DNA of 64,000 nt from Octopus bimaculoides (Eukaryota): contig NC_068983.1 in assembly GCF_001194135.2 (NCBI RefSeq), positions 70,483,691 to 70,547,690 on the forward strand, in the 5' to 3' direction. A program made the position numbers and the translations under genes. Position 1 is the stretch's first letter. Each line of letters begins with the position of its first letter. Under the pieces are notes generated by a model. The model did not search any database, was not told the DNA's origin, and saw only the letters and a list, made by a program, of their open reading frames with translations. Shown one piece after another: positions 49,262 to 63,309 of this stretch.

Positions 49262-50444
49262 CAAAGTATATAAATATACCACAAATACCAGTTGTAACAG
49301 TTTTCAGCTGAGGATCGCAGTGACACGAAACTAGAGCCGCGAAACAAACTCAGTTTCAATTTCAATAATAAAAAAAACCATATCCATTATAATAAGTGTT
49401 GAACATTCCTCACTCATTCGACTGACGTACGTAATATCCCCTCCCTACATACACACACATATAGAGTTAGATGGACATTGAGATTAATGTGTGTGTGTGC
49501 GTCTATCTTTACATGTACATACATACGGTATTTACATGGATACAATAGGGTCTCAAATGTAGAGCGAACTGCGAGTGTAACTATAGTTACGTATAATTTT
49601 GGTAGCAACTTATAAATCGCATAAAGTACATAAAACGCCAAAAGTATAAAACCTAAAAATGAAAACCGCTAACACTGCTGTCGTTTCCATTTTTACCTAG
49701 TCACATTAACATAAAAGCCATTGAGAAAAAGCTTAGCATGGGACTTAAAATGAGTTTGTGATTTAAAAATAATCAAAGATGATTCACCATATGATTTTTC
49801 AAATAGCTTCACTTATTATTTTTCTTTTGCTGTTCGTCAGTGTCCCATTTCGTAATCTTATTTATTTTCAGTAAAAGTAATCACCGTAGTTACAACCTGA
49901 TCATTTCACGATAGGTTATCTTCTATTTCATTCAGTTTTTCTTTTTACTGATGCCAATTTTCAAAACATATCGTAATACGCATGCGAAAAAGCAGCGTTG
50001 TGAGTAAAACAAACGTTTAAATCATTTCAAATATGTTTAGGATATATTTGACCCGTACAAAGGCTGTCTACTCAGCTTTTTGCCGTTGGAAATATTTCTT
50101 GCTTTAGTCAATAGGTACCAAAAGACCTCAACGGTCGTTTCAAGCCATCTTCTGGCGGAAGCGTCGAATGCATCTTTAGCTTCTTGGCTATCATTAGCAC
50201 CGTTAAAATTTCAAGAAGCTTTCGGAAATCACTCATATGCTTAGCATTCTAAGCCACGTTAATCTAAGTGGAGACAGCAGCAAGGCTATTCTTTTTGTGG
50301 GGATGTGGGTGTGAAGGAATATACAATATCAGTTGCTACATGTCTTTGTTTTGATATAATTTTTTTCAAGGTAACATCCAAGGACTACAGAATAGTTATG
50401 AAACCATATAAATTTACAATTTGATGAATTTTCCTATTTTATCT

Positions 50445-50674
50445 TCTTTATTGCCCACAAGGGGCTAAACATAGAGTGGACAAACAAGGACAGACAAAGG
50501 GATTAGGTCAATTACATCGATCCCAGTGCGTAACTGGCACTCAATTTATCGACCCCCGAAAGGATGAAAGGCAAAGTCGACCTCGGCGGAATTTGAACTC
50601 AGAATGTAACGGCAGACGAAATACTGCTAAGTGTTTCGCCCGGCTTGTTAACGATTCTGCCTGCTCGCCGCCCT
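50445..50674 (-). mobile_element. Well-preserved SINE family A copy
   Basis: Minus strand ggcggcgagcaggcagaatcgttaa..gttctgagttcaaattccgccgaggtcgactttgcctttcatcctttcggggtcgataaa. Confidence 0.85.
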
Positions 50675-51135
50675 TTTCCTATTTTATCTAAAGCTTTCTT
50701 CCTTGGCATGAATAAGTAAATCCTAAGTACTTCACTCAAGTTTTCAATGTGAACAATTACAATGCCAATCTGCTTAGTTTTATTATGAATCTATGAAATT
50801 ACAAAATTTAATCATCTAAATAAGAGTGATGCTTTTGTGAAACTTTTGCTTTCTGATATAGAGCCAAAGAATACATTTTGAAGAATTTCTGCTACCATCC
50901 ATTTGAAAAATTGGAAGATTGACTCCCTACATGGCTCTCAGCTTTTAGTATATTGTTTCCTTTATGACTTTATATATTGTTACAATACATACAGCGTTTC
51001 TCTTGCATTCCACTCATTCAATCACTCTTGGATTTTCAGTCTGCATTTCATTCAGAGGTGGTTCACTATACGACTGGACCTTATTCTTTGTCTCTATAGT
51101 TTAACACAGTCCACCAAAACAATAAATTTCTAAAT

Positions 51136-51308
51136 CATACATGGGCAACCATTTTCGAGAAGTAGGCCACATGGGACATGGAGCATCATCAGGCGGGCCG
51201 CACTACTAAACAAATTCAAGGTAACTTTTCGTTCAGCGTGCTACTCAGTCAACCACGCGGGCCACAATTCGCACATGACTGCTTTAAATGTGGCGTTGCC
51301 ATAGATCT
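51136..51308. mobile_element. hAT/Charlie-like MITE remnant
   Basis: Termini catgggcaac...gttgccatag with internal ggccacatg, gcgggccgca and cgcgggccaca motifs typical of hAT MITE subtermini. No TSD found. Confidence 0.55.
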
Positions 51309-53810
51309 GTATTGTAGAATTATGTTTTAGTCTTTCTTTCCATTGCCTATTACTGTTCCCAACATTACCAGTACTCTGTCGTTGTTCATCTCTGCAAATT
51401 CTATGACAAGCAGTTTAAATTTTTCACATCCATAAAGCTGTAATAGCATACATCAGGGACTCAACTTACACGTTTTAAATTGTAATATTTTATAATTAAA
51501 TAATCACTTTTAAGAAATTGTGTGCATAAAGTCATGGACTGCCATGTTGGCTTGGCGATAACTATTAATACCCAGTACCGCTGCCGTAGTCTCCTTTAGA
51601 GAGACTTAGAAATATTAATATACATATATTAATATATATATACACAAACGTATTTATGCATGCATGCACGTTTGTATGCATGTATATGTGTGTGTATATA
51701 TGCATATATATGGGTATATGCATATGTTTATTGAAGAAACCACTATATTCCAGTTTAATCTATTCTATTATTGATGTTTTTACATTCTCTTACTTGTCCA
51801 TCATGTTTAATTGAGAACGCACACACAAACACAGTCAAACACATATACACATTCACTCACACACATCCCTATACATACATACATATGTATATATACATAC
51901 ACACGTACATATAAACACATAGATGTATCCTCACATGTATGTATATGCACATACACACATACAATTACACGCATTCATTCATAGATTTACGTGCGTTGTT
52001 ACACACATGTGCCACTAATATTGAATCTCTGACCGAGTGCATAACATTGCTGCAATGTACTAATTTCGTTTCATTTTTTCCATCGACTAATTGGATGATT
52101 AATCGATTTTACTGAGTCAATAAATGAGTGGACAAGAAATTTAGCACACTGGAATAGAGTTTATTAATGACTTTGTAGGTCTTCACAACCTGACAGAACA
52201 AGTCACATTTCAGGTAGAACGTATTATATCGTCAGAAAACATGGCTGACACTAAAGAGTAGGCTATTGTCGATGCTGCTTATTAGCCCCAGATTAACCGT
52301 ATCCAATGAAAGCGCCAGGCCAGAACAAACCCGGACATTGCACAGGCCTGCAAAATTTAATCTTAATGAAAAGTTGTACATATGCTATTCATTTTGTGTT
52401 TGTGATTTTACGTTTTTAGGAGTCACGCTTTTCCCGGTGCATTTCTATGGTAAATCTTTGTAGTTTTTCACTGCAGTGTGTTTATTTGCATCAGTTTATT
52501 AAGCAGTAATCACATGATAATTACTGTAAATAATATTTTCAACAAATATGTATTTCTTTCCTGTTCTTTTAATTTTGAGTAACGCCTATTAAATTTTTCT
52601 ATATTCCTGCATTCACAGATTTCCATATGTAAGATTAGTGAGTCTTCAATTGCAAGCGCAGTATATTAACATTACTACGATCCAAAATGCTAGTTTCTCA
52701 TTTCTGTTTTTGTAGTAATTCCTCTGTAGTGAGCCCATGTCGTGTACTTTGTCGTCTATTTACATGTAAGTTCCTCACTTCTTTTATTCATCGTTTAAGA
52801 GGTGGAAGTTGCAGCCTCCCGTACCTCCGATTTAGCCAAAGGCTGATCTTCATGCAATAAATTCCGGTGAAAATCTTTGATCAAGAACTAAATGTTGACA
52901 TCAGTTTTCAGGCAGAAGTAGTTTTACGACATTTGATATTTATTCAGAGCTGCAGTTCAAATTGTATCAATATTAGATATTTAGCTTTATTGTTAAACAA
53001 TTTACACCATGATCCTTGGATTTTATGGGCAATTTGAAAACTTTGCGAACAAAAAGCAGCTCCTCCCCGAAATTTGCTCGTATTTCTCACCATACCACGT
53101 CCTTCTGGCTATTCTTATTGTATCCTCGGAACATTGAAGAGTTTTCTATGCGACATTAAAGGCATAAGTTCGTTGTAATCGTTTGGCTCTGATTTACACT
53201 CAACAGGTATACCCATAAGAAGTTTTACTTAAAGATATTGCCAAAATTATTAGAATATTCGGCTTTAGGGAGACGAGGAGATCTCGTCTTCACAGAGCTT
53301 CGTCTTAAATACATTCAAATTTCTTCAGTAATGTAATAAGTGATGTGTGAATATCAAAAATATCAGCAAATATTTTCTTTAAGCGAGTAAACATTTTTGC
53401 AATATTTCTCATGCATCAGCATTAGATATTTAAGGTTTATTGCTTTATTAATTAGTTTAAACAATTTTCTCCATGATCCTTGGATTTTACGGGCAATTTG
53501 AAATCATACCGAGCAAAAAGGTCATTCATCCCCAAAGATTTTTGCCTGTTTACAATTTAGAGCTCGTTTAAACTTTGTATGCAGTCTAGCCCGTTTGGAT
53601 AATAAGCTGAATATGTAAAAGTCACCTAAAGTCCCACTCTTTGGTACTTTTTGCAGGTTTCCATGAGATATCCCCATGATAGACAAAATAGAGCTGCTGA
53701 ATAAAGCTTAAACATTTTGAAAAGGAAAAGGAAATGATCGCGTTATAAAAAAAATATTTGATCTATATACTAATGTTATTGTGTATCTTTTTTGTAACGC
53801 CACAACACGA

Positions 53811-53812
<2 letters not shown>

Positions 53813-53859
<47 letters not shown>

Positions 53860-53885
53860 TGGGAGATAGAGAGGGAGAGAGAGAA
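53813..53885. repeat. (GA)n microsatellite
   Basis: Directly visible. Confidence 0.95.
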
Positions 53886-55585
53886 GGGAAGACAGAAGTT
53901 TTTTTAGAAGCGAGAGGTTGAGTTTATGTAAGTGTTAAGGTAAATATGCAAGGGAAAGCGTGTGTAGTGCAAGGGATAGCTAAACAGGAAGAGGGCGAAG
54001 AAGAAGAAAGAATATCAAGATATAGTAAGGTTTGTGCTTTGGTTATTATGTTCTTATATTTCACCACACACCTCCACTCCTCCCCCCTTCTCTCTCTCGG
54101 CTTGTTTACAGTACTTTGGAAATTGTATCTTAGTATAGAAAACAATGGCATCTTTTAGATTAATGTGAGAGCACTGTTAGTTCTTGAAAATCTATACAGA
54201 TTTGAGTGAATAGTCGGGGATGTTTCAGGTACAGGGAGAACGACAGTCCTATCAGTGCACAGAAATGTCTGCAGTTAGTCTGTTATTTGACAAATTAATT
54301 TTAAATTATATCAAATTGCATTGGTTTTAAATTTTATCAAAAATATAGGTTCTTAATAGGTACAGGGCGGAAGTTGTTGCATTTTTAATTATAAATTCTC
54401 GTGTCGTCTTTCAAGTGTTCATTAGACAACTTTGTACTTTAGACTAGTCATCTTAGCTGTCATTTTAGCTGGGATACAAAGGTTATGAGTGAAACGCTTG
54501 GCATAGTTGAATTGTATTATTCCACCCATCCTCCCTGTAGTCAACCACATGTTTGTTTTCTTTTTTTGTTTCCTCTACTTTTCAACATTAAAGCTGAAAT
54601 GAATGAAACTACAGCAACTTTCCTAAAGTATCATTAAACTAAGACTGGAATGAAAAAATTTCAAAATGTCGGTAAATGAATGTATTTTTTGCACGAAGCC
54701 GACATAAATCTCTAAGGGATAAGTAAAACAGGGGAGGAGTGAGGGGTATATGAGATTAAACAACGTTTGTACTTTTATTTGTGGCTATTAGTAGTACTAA
54801 AGAAAAAAATCTACGCGACTCGAAATGCTGAAAATATGAAATTATATTGATATTTTTAATTCGTCAGTCCACACACACACACATACACACACACACACAC
54901 ATAGACACACACACACACGAACACACACACTTTACACTCGTACACACACTTTCACATGTACACAGCAAATAAGGCAGAAAACTAGAACTAAATGTAAGTA
55001 TTAAAAGAGAAAAAACAATATGGATCAAAAAATTTTATACAGAATTTCAAAATATCTGTTGAAATAAATTCAAAGAATAAACTTGAAATTGATATTCTAT
55101 TTTTTAATCTAAATTTTCAATTGACTTTTGAAGATAAATTTGTTTCAGTATTTACAAGGTTTTACGTAGATTTGTACATTTAAACATCACCATCTGCAAC
55201 ATATTGGAAGGTGCCGTAATATATTTGACAGGTGTCCAGGATGTGTTGTTTTTTTTTTTTAATATATTTTTAGTCAGGTTTTACGGATCTACGCGTATAG
55301 GAAACTTGTTGGCTGCAACCGTAATCTGAAATGATCCTTTCGAAAAGAATTAGTCGTAATATCTTGTTTAATAAAATATTATTTCCTCGATAATTATCGA
55401 TATTGATGAATTGACAGAAGCATTTTGGAATTGGATTAAACGAGTCTGTGGTATTAAGAAACGTCTTTGTTTCCTGATATACAAAATCACAGGACGACTA
55501 CAGCTGGAATGCATTTGGTCCTTGTTCATTTCTGTTGCAGTTCGCCTACAGCTGAATCAACAACAATGATATCTATCCTATAATT

Positions 55586-55942
55586 CTTTCTACTCTAGGT
55601 ACATGATCTGAAGTTTTGGTGGAGAGTAACTAGTCGATTACATCAACTCCAATGCTCAATTGGTACTTATTTTATCGACTCCGAAAGGATGAAAGAGAAA
55701 TCGACTCCTTTGACATTTACTTAATAATCCTTTCTATTGGAAGCACAAAGCCTTAAATTTGGGGCAAGGGATTAAGTCGAATATATCGACCCCCAGTAAG
55801 TAAATGGTACTTAATTCATCGACTCCGAAAGAATGAAAGGCAAAGTCGACTTTGGCAGAATTTGAACTCAGGACGTAGCGACAGACGAAATACCACTAAA
55901 CATTTCACCCAGCGTGCTAACGATTCTGCCAGCTCGCCGCCT
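55586..55942 (-). mobile_element. SINE family A: full copy (55722-55942) plus an adjacent 3' half copy (55586-55708)
   Basis: Two successive atcgactccgaaag[g/a]atgaaag central domains, and an intact head ggcggcgagctggcagaatcgttagcacgc. Confidence 0.82.
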
Positions 55943-58107
55943 AACATCTACTTAATAATAATACCAAACATGTCCGGAGTTACCTTAAATATTTACAAAA
56001 ACCTCTATAATATTACTCAATGTCAAATAGATTCTTGCACGCTGCGTAATTTTATAACCTTTTTCTAATTATAACATTTTTAATTTTCACAGCATTAACT
56101 AACTTAACTTAATGATCCAGTCCCTCTCACCGCAATAGGTACTGTCTATAATAAAGTTTATCTGGATGGAAAATGGCTGAATAAATAAGAAGTTCACTTC
56201 GTAATCACGATGTCAAGAGTTCTATCCCACTGTATGTTGTGAGTCAAAATGAATAGATGGAAGTCCATCAGGTGAATTGCATCTGTAATTCTGGAAAAAG
56301 TACAGCTGTGACGCACGTTCATTCTTACAAGATAACATTAAGTGTACGTTAATTCATTGGCTGAAAAACCAAGTCCTCATCGAAAAAGGCCGCTAGAGAT
56401 CCTTTAATTTTACCGAAATAAACAGCATGAATTATCATTTCTCGATTAGTGTTTCATTAGCTAGTAGCAAAGGATTTCAAATCCTGCCATGGAAGGGGAT
56501 AGGTTCCATTGCGTTGATTTCGAGTAGATACGTTGCTACACGAAGAAAATTTCAAATGTTTCAACTTAAACGTGAGACGGTTGATTAGTCCAGATCCTCT
56601 CTGATCCTAATAGACCTATGACCTAAGGTTTTCCAGTCATAACAATTCCCCGTTGTGTATTACTACACTATTTTCTTTCTTAACGCGTGAACAGATTGGT
56701 GTTAAGGTGATTGGTAAAGCCTCAATGTGATTGCTTCATTTTTTTGGCCCTGTAGTGAGATATGTTAGCACTATTTTGTTGTGGTGGCATAGCACAGTCA
56801 TGTTACGCCCAAAACATCCAATCACTGCTGGCCACGGAAGGATACACGTGACGCAGCGATGAAGTGCGTGTTTTGAAAGGCAATAATCAGTTCCTGAGAA
56901 GATATCGAGATGCAGACAAATTAGTTGTTCGTCCAGACGACTAAACGTTGCTAAATTAACGCTGATACAACTATGGGATTTTCACCTCGCCTCACAACTA
57001 CTACAAAACTCATTAGATATTTTAGATATGCAGCCAAGTAACGAATCTATTGATGTTTATTAAGAAACTAACCCATGTCTCGCTATACCCTATTGCCTTG
57101 AACACTTACCTCTGATGTGCCTACTACTTTATGTGTGACTAAGGAATAAATTGTGATGTTCATTCGCATAAAAAAACAAACAAACATTGTCTTCTGATAT
57201 TTATCTTTGCATCCATGTAAACATTTGTAACAAGAGGTAAATTAAGAGTTGGGTTTTATCAGTTTAGGAAGTATATCTAGATGTGTGCACGTAAGGTTTG
57301 AAATGTATAAATGTATGTTTTACATAAAGGTAACGACAAATATCAGAAGGTAATGTTTTTGGTTAAGCAACACAATTCATTCCTTGCTCACACATGAAGT
57401 AGCCGGCACAACAGAGAGGGTGTAGGAGACGTGAATTAATTCCTTAATACACATCCATGTCGGTAGCTCCGGTACTTGGTTGCAAATCTAAAATATCCTA
57501 CTAGTTTTGAAGTGGTAGTGAGGCGAGGTTGAAATCCCATAGCGTGTCGAGCTAAACGAGCCACACGCTCGTCGATAGTTTAGTGTCTCCATCTGAATGA
57601 GATTAAGCAAAGCAACGATGAAAAGGAACTAGGTGTTAGCGTCCCGACATTTAGACAGCGACTGAATAAAACGCTCTTGAAAAGCGCGCGTTATTATACT
57701 GGGTGAAAGTCGTCATGTGTATTCCTCCGACACTAGTTTTTAAAGTGCGGAGGAACACGGCACCAGTGTGCTGCTACGTTAGGGCGAAGTAATTCGACTG
57801 CACTGCTATGCTACACACTTATAATATCTAGAACCTTCTTACATACACACTATCCTAGCCAATGTGGTATCGTCTTTCTAATCTTCCTCTTGTTACAGCC
57901 CCATTCGCATAGACGATTTAGAGAGGAAGGGCGAGGGAGGGAGAGAAGAAATGATCTTGACCCCGCTAATCAGCAATGACCCTCACCTACTTGATAGTTC
58001 TTTTGTACCGATGTAAGCAAATTTTGCTTACACAAATTAGATCCCATATAATAATCTAAATTAGAGCACTAATAACAGGCTTTGAATCTAGTCGGCTTAA
58101 CTCCGAA

Positions 58108-58323
58108 TATACTTTTCTACTCTAGACACAAGGCCCGAAATTTTTTGGGAGGGGCCAGTCGATTAGATCGACCACAGTCACATCTGGTACTTAATTTATC
58201 GACCCCGAAAAGATGAAAGGCAAAGTCGACCTCGGTGGAATATGAACACAGAACTTAAAGACAGACGAAATACCGCTAAGCATTTCGCCCGGCGTGCTAA
58301 CGTTTCTGCCAGCTCGCTACCTT
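58108..58323 (-). mobile_element. SINE family A copy
   Basis: atcgaccccgaaaagatgaaaggcaaagtcgacctcgg..gaaataccgctaagcatttcgcccggcgtgctaacgtttctgccagctcgc. Confidence 0.85.
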
Positions 58324-58373
58324 TTAACTTCGAATATTATGCCCACACATCCCTACCAATATGCACGCATCTA

Positions 58374-58440
<67 letters not shown>

Positions 58441-58810
58441 GCCTATCTGTTTGTCTGTCCGCCTGCCCATCTACCGATCCACCTCTTTCTGTCTTTCTCT
58501 CTCCAAACTTGCTACTCACTTTCTATCTATCTTATTTGCAGACAACTTCCAGACACAACTTTTACCAGTTGAAAGCTCCGCATACGGGACAATAACAGGC
58601 TACTTACCACACAGCCACGTTCATAATATTGCTCATAATAGTATTTGTTTTATGTTGAGTTAGGCCTAGCGACAGCAGCCACCGCCTCACACCACTACGA
58701 ATGGACCCTTTACACACACTCACACACACACACTTACGTACGTACGTACGTATGTATGTATGTATGTGTGTATGTATGTATGTATGTATGTATGTATGTA
58801 TGTATGTATG

Positions 58811-58923
58811 TTATCAATCAGTTTCATTTCTGTATTTCTTGTCCATAGAAAAAGAGCCGGACTCTTACATAGATTCAAGGCTTCTTCATTGGAACTTTTA
58901 TAAATACCATCTAGGTATTTGTG

Positions 58924-58976
<53 letters not shown>

Positions 58977-59270
58977 TTTGGTGTTAGTGTATGCGCAGAT
59001 TTGTATGTCTGTTTTATGGATGCGTTTTTAATGTATATATTTTCATGTCTAGATGCATGCATATGTATTTTTGTGCTAAAGTTTTGGAAAGTTTTACATA
59101 TCTTTACAGTTCCATTGATGGCTTGAATCTGTAGTTTTCTAATCAGCCTTTTTCTTTCAGATTTTGATAACCCTAATTTTTCCAGGTTTTTGTTGAGGCA
59201 GTTCGTTACATATCCCAATGCTCCAACAATCACGGGTATGAATCTGAACTTGTAGTCTGGGTGGAGTATG
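58811..59270 (-). mobile_element. Short 3' fragment of the R4/Dong-like family seen at 5153-6120, copy 2
   Basis: ILHPDYKFRFIPVIVGALGYVTNCLNKNLEKLGLSKSERKRLIRKLQIQAINGTVKICKTFQNF aligns with the end of copy 1, and the 3' UTR is homologous. (TATG)n lies on both sides. Confidence 0.85.
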
Positions 59271-59357
59271 CATGTATGTATGTATTCATGTACGTTTATG
59301 ATATGTGTACACACCCACATACACACATACACGCCGCACACACACAAACACACATAG

Positions 59358-59660
59358 GGTAAAAGGACCCCGCTTCGGTCATGAATGATCATGAGATTGC
59401 AGCTAGAAAGTTACTTTCTTAGTCACATGCCCAAGCAAAGTTGTCGCCCATGTATACCAGCCTCCCCTCTACCTGCCACCGATGTTAATCCAAGGGAAAG
59501 GCAAAGGCTGATACAGCAGTGACGGCGGAACTCATTTCTGCTATTGAGTGAACAGGGACAACACGAAATAAAGTGTCTTGCTCAAGAGCACACTACCCGG
59601 CCTGGGAATGGAACTCAGTATCTCATGATTGTGAACCCGACGCTCTAGGCACTGAGCCAT
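59358..59660 (-). mobile_element. tRNA-derived SINE, family C
   Basis: Homologous to 32000-32340, including gaaataaagtgtcttgctcaagagcac (CORE-like) and the head atggctcagtgcctagagcg. Confidence 0.75.
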
Positions 59661-59661
59661 A

Positions 59662-59733
<72 letters not shown>

Positions 59734-59999
59734 TGTGCACGCGCCGTACAGCCAGCTGGAGACGATGTTTCCTGGGGCTAAATAACACTGTGACGAAAGG
59801 ACTCTGGCCGAAATACGATTAATGTAAAAAAAAAAATAAAATAAAGCTGAAGCAAATTAACACCAAATATATAGTGCGTGTGTTTTTATTGGCTAAACTG
59901 GCAACATGACCATCCCCAAATAGAATAATATCTGTTTCAACACACGATATCACATCAAGAATCTTACTAAACGAATATATAAACGTATATAACATATAC

Positions 60000-60038
<39 letters not shown>

Positions 60039-60068
60039 CACACACAAATACACACATNNNNNNNNNNC

Positions 60069-60137
<69 letters not shown>

Positions 60138-60140
60138 ATT

Positions 60141-60340
60141 GTGGTGACGCGTGGCTTAGTGGATAGGATTTATCGGAAGATTGTGGTTTCGATTCCTGGA
60201 CCTGTTCTTGAGCAAAACACTTCATTTTACATTGCTGCACTCAGCTGACCAAAATGAATAATCGCGAAATGGACTAGCATCCCGTCCAGGTGGGGAATAT
60301 ATGCGCTACAGAAACCAGAAAACTGACACTATGAGTATAT
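60141..60340 (+). mobile_element. Degenerate tRNA-derived CORE-type SINE
   Basis: gtggtgacgcgtggcttagtggatagg..ggtttcgattcctggacc then tgttcttgagcaaaacacttcatttt (CORE-like). Confidence 0.65.
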
Positions 60341-63309
60341 ATGACTGGGGAAGGAAACCTGTTTACCAACACCCGTAACAGTCATTCGCAAAACCGGGTA
60401 ATCCCAGAGTAAACATTTACACCCACAGTTATACTTATAACCGTTTGCCTGTCTATATGGACGTACACACGTATATACATGCATGCATATATACTCTCTC
60501 ACACACATATGCTGACACATGCATGTATTTTATGTACGTGGTGCTTATGTGTGTTTGCATGCATATACGATTGTGTGTGTGTATATCACTGTAAAAATGA
60601 AGTGACTCATTCCTCACTAAAATAATCAATGCTGTCTAATGTTATCTCCCTTAAATACAGAAACGCAAATCTTATAAGTTAGCTCCCTTGTCCCGTATTT
60701 CGCATATTTTCGTCTAATTTCAGTTTCAATTGAAATATTTATAATATTAAAAGAATCAATAATTTAACGTTAGAAATAATTACGTTTGTCAGAAAGCAAT
60801 ATAAGTTTATCTCAGTTCGTGTACATAGCAAGAAACACGACTGAGCTATGTACTGTATGAATATGTTAATCGAATGTGTCGCATTGATGTCGATTGCCCC
60901 CCCCCCTCCTGATTAGTCATTGAAACCTTCGATTAGCTATAAACATTGACATTTAAACTGTCCTTGCATAGTAAAGAACGATCTCTATGTCGGCTACAAA
61001 CTGTCTTCTATTACAATCAACCTTGTATCACTTCATCCAGTTGTGATTTCTTCATCTTTATTGGGGAGGGGCAGTAGGTGGGCAGGATTGATAAACTGTC
61101 GGTAAGAATACATCGTTATTTAGTTATGGCCCTTTAGGCTCTGCATTCAGATCTTACTGATGTCAACTTTGCCTTTAATCCTTGCGGGGTTGATGCAATA
61201 TAGCTCCAGTCAAGTGCCAGGCCTAGATTTAATCTTATAGAGTATTCTAGAAAACTAAAGCTAAAATCAATATTTTATACTTAATATAGGTCGTTAAAGA
61301 AGACACCATCGGTAAGAATTGGTTATGTAACACCAGCGCATAAAAGGTTCCTCTACATATTGCAGGACTGGAAAGATTTTGAAAATTTATTTATTTGTTT
61401 CTTTATAGAATACCATCAGTTATCCATGCAATAAGCATCACTTTACCCTGCCATTGGTGTTACCCAGCACGAAGGTGGATATTGCTTGGTATCATTGTCG
61501 TCGCAGGTAAACTGAGAACATAATGAGTCGGAACAAATATCACAAGATATTTTGTCCAACACATTTACAACTACCTGGACGTGTATTATATTTAATCGAC
61601 CTCGGAAGATCATTATCATTGCTACTGAGCTAGAAATTACATCCTCAATAGAGTGCCCGATCTAATTGATGTACTGTGTTATTAATTATGTCCAGTTTAT
61701 ATTCTAAGTTCATATCCTGTGGGTTTTGTAGATGCGAATTTGCCTTTGGCTTTACAGTAACCTATTTCGCTTGCCTTGAAGCATTCAGAACCTTTGCTTT
61801 ATTACAATAAAGAATATACAATCTCCCAAGGAAAATCTGCTAATTACCCAGGTTGGTGCCTGTGGGAGCTTCAGAATGTTTTGGGTGAGCGCTAATTTGT
61901 AACTATGCTTAAGTGGAGTTTCGAAACAAATGCATCACTGCAAATTTGAGGATATGCCACTGAATACTGAGGGAGCGGCGTCCTCCAGTGCACCCCATTA
62001 TCGATGGGCATATATCTACCCCATGTGTGCCTCTTCACGCTCTCTGAACTCCTGTTTTTCGAAAACAGAAGTTGATATTTTGTCAATTATATCATTTGAA
62101 TTTCAAACCTGACAACACACCTAGCTACTCCTTACATAAACCTGATTCAAGCCACTGTTCTATTCGGTTTGCTAACCTGCTAGAAATGGTGACCAAATTT
62201 CCCTAATAAGGAAGGACACATTGGTTAATGTAGTCCCCCATATATATATATAATAAAAGTTAATAATGGACTGACGTGGGACAATTCAACCACAAAATAG
62301 AAAGAGCGTTAAGTTAGTGCTGAGATAAAACTCCTTAAAATTGTTAACTATGTTCTCTAGAGTTCAAACTTTGCAGTGTTCATTTTTATCTCATTTCTCA
62401 CCGAAATCAATAAAAATAAGTACATGCTCTATCGATTTCATCGACTATACTAGCTCTTTACAAACAGCTAGCCTACTGGTGATAATGTAAGAAATAATGA
62501 TCGATTTTTTCCCCACATATGCATATAACCTTGTCCTAATCTAAGAAATCATTATTTGTTTCTAACATTGTGTACAGTCGATGAAAATAATTGAGCCAAA
62601 TGATAACTGGTACTTCATTTTATTGATCAGAAAATATTACAAAAGTGTAGTATTGGTTGCTGAAGTCTGTAAACAAATTTAAGTGATAAAACTCAATACC
62701 TTATCAAAAATTGTTGTGTACACCATAAGTTGTACTACAGTCCCATTGTTTCCATAAAATGCATATTATTTTATTAATGTAAAACTAAAAAGATATTTAA
62801 AGTTCAAAATCTTGCTATATTAATAAATATAGTTTTAAAGTATTTAAAAATATAATTCAATAAACTAGTGTTTTTTTTTTGTGTGTTATGTAACTAGGAA
62901 ATACATAGCAGAAAGCCGTGGCCGTTGAGCTGGGTGTGGTTTCTGAAATTTATTAATCTCTCACAAGTTTCACTGGATTCATATTAAAATTCAGCATGTA
63001 ATAAGATGTCCATATGCAATGACATTCCTTCTGCGCCTATGTGCATGTGCACATACACACACACATATATATTCATACATAGATGTATGCCTATATTTGT
63101 ACATGCATACATGCGCACTTGCATACATTCACATATGGAAATATACGTATACATATATATACGTATACATATATATACTCCGAAAAGCCGCTCGCTGCCG
63201 CCGGTCAAAGACGTGCACCGTTAGTTCCTGACCTCTCTTGATACATGGACTGAGGAATGCATACATACATACATACATACATACATACATACATACGCGC
63301 GCGCGCATC

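Noticed and set aside
49300-49345. CTGAGGA..CGAAACTAG hammerhead-like motif
   Set aside because: Stems I and II pair poorly and the cleavage site is absent.
59788-59817. GTGACGAAAGG..CCGAAATACG hammerhead-like motif
   Set aside because: C3 is mutated, stem II has only 2 bp, and there is no stem I.
61892-62112. GC-richer island with short ORFs on both strands (possible Tc1 relic or exon)
   Set aside because: No diagnostic motif could be matched with confidence.
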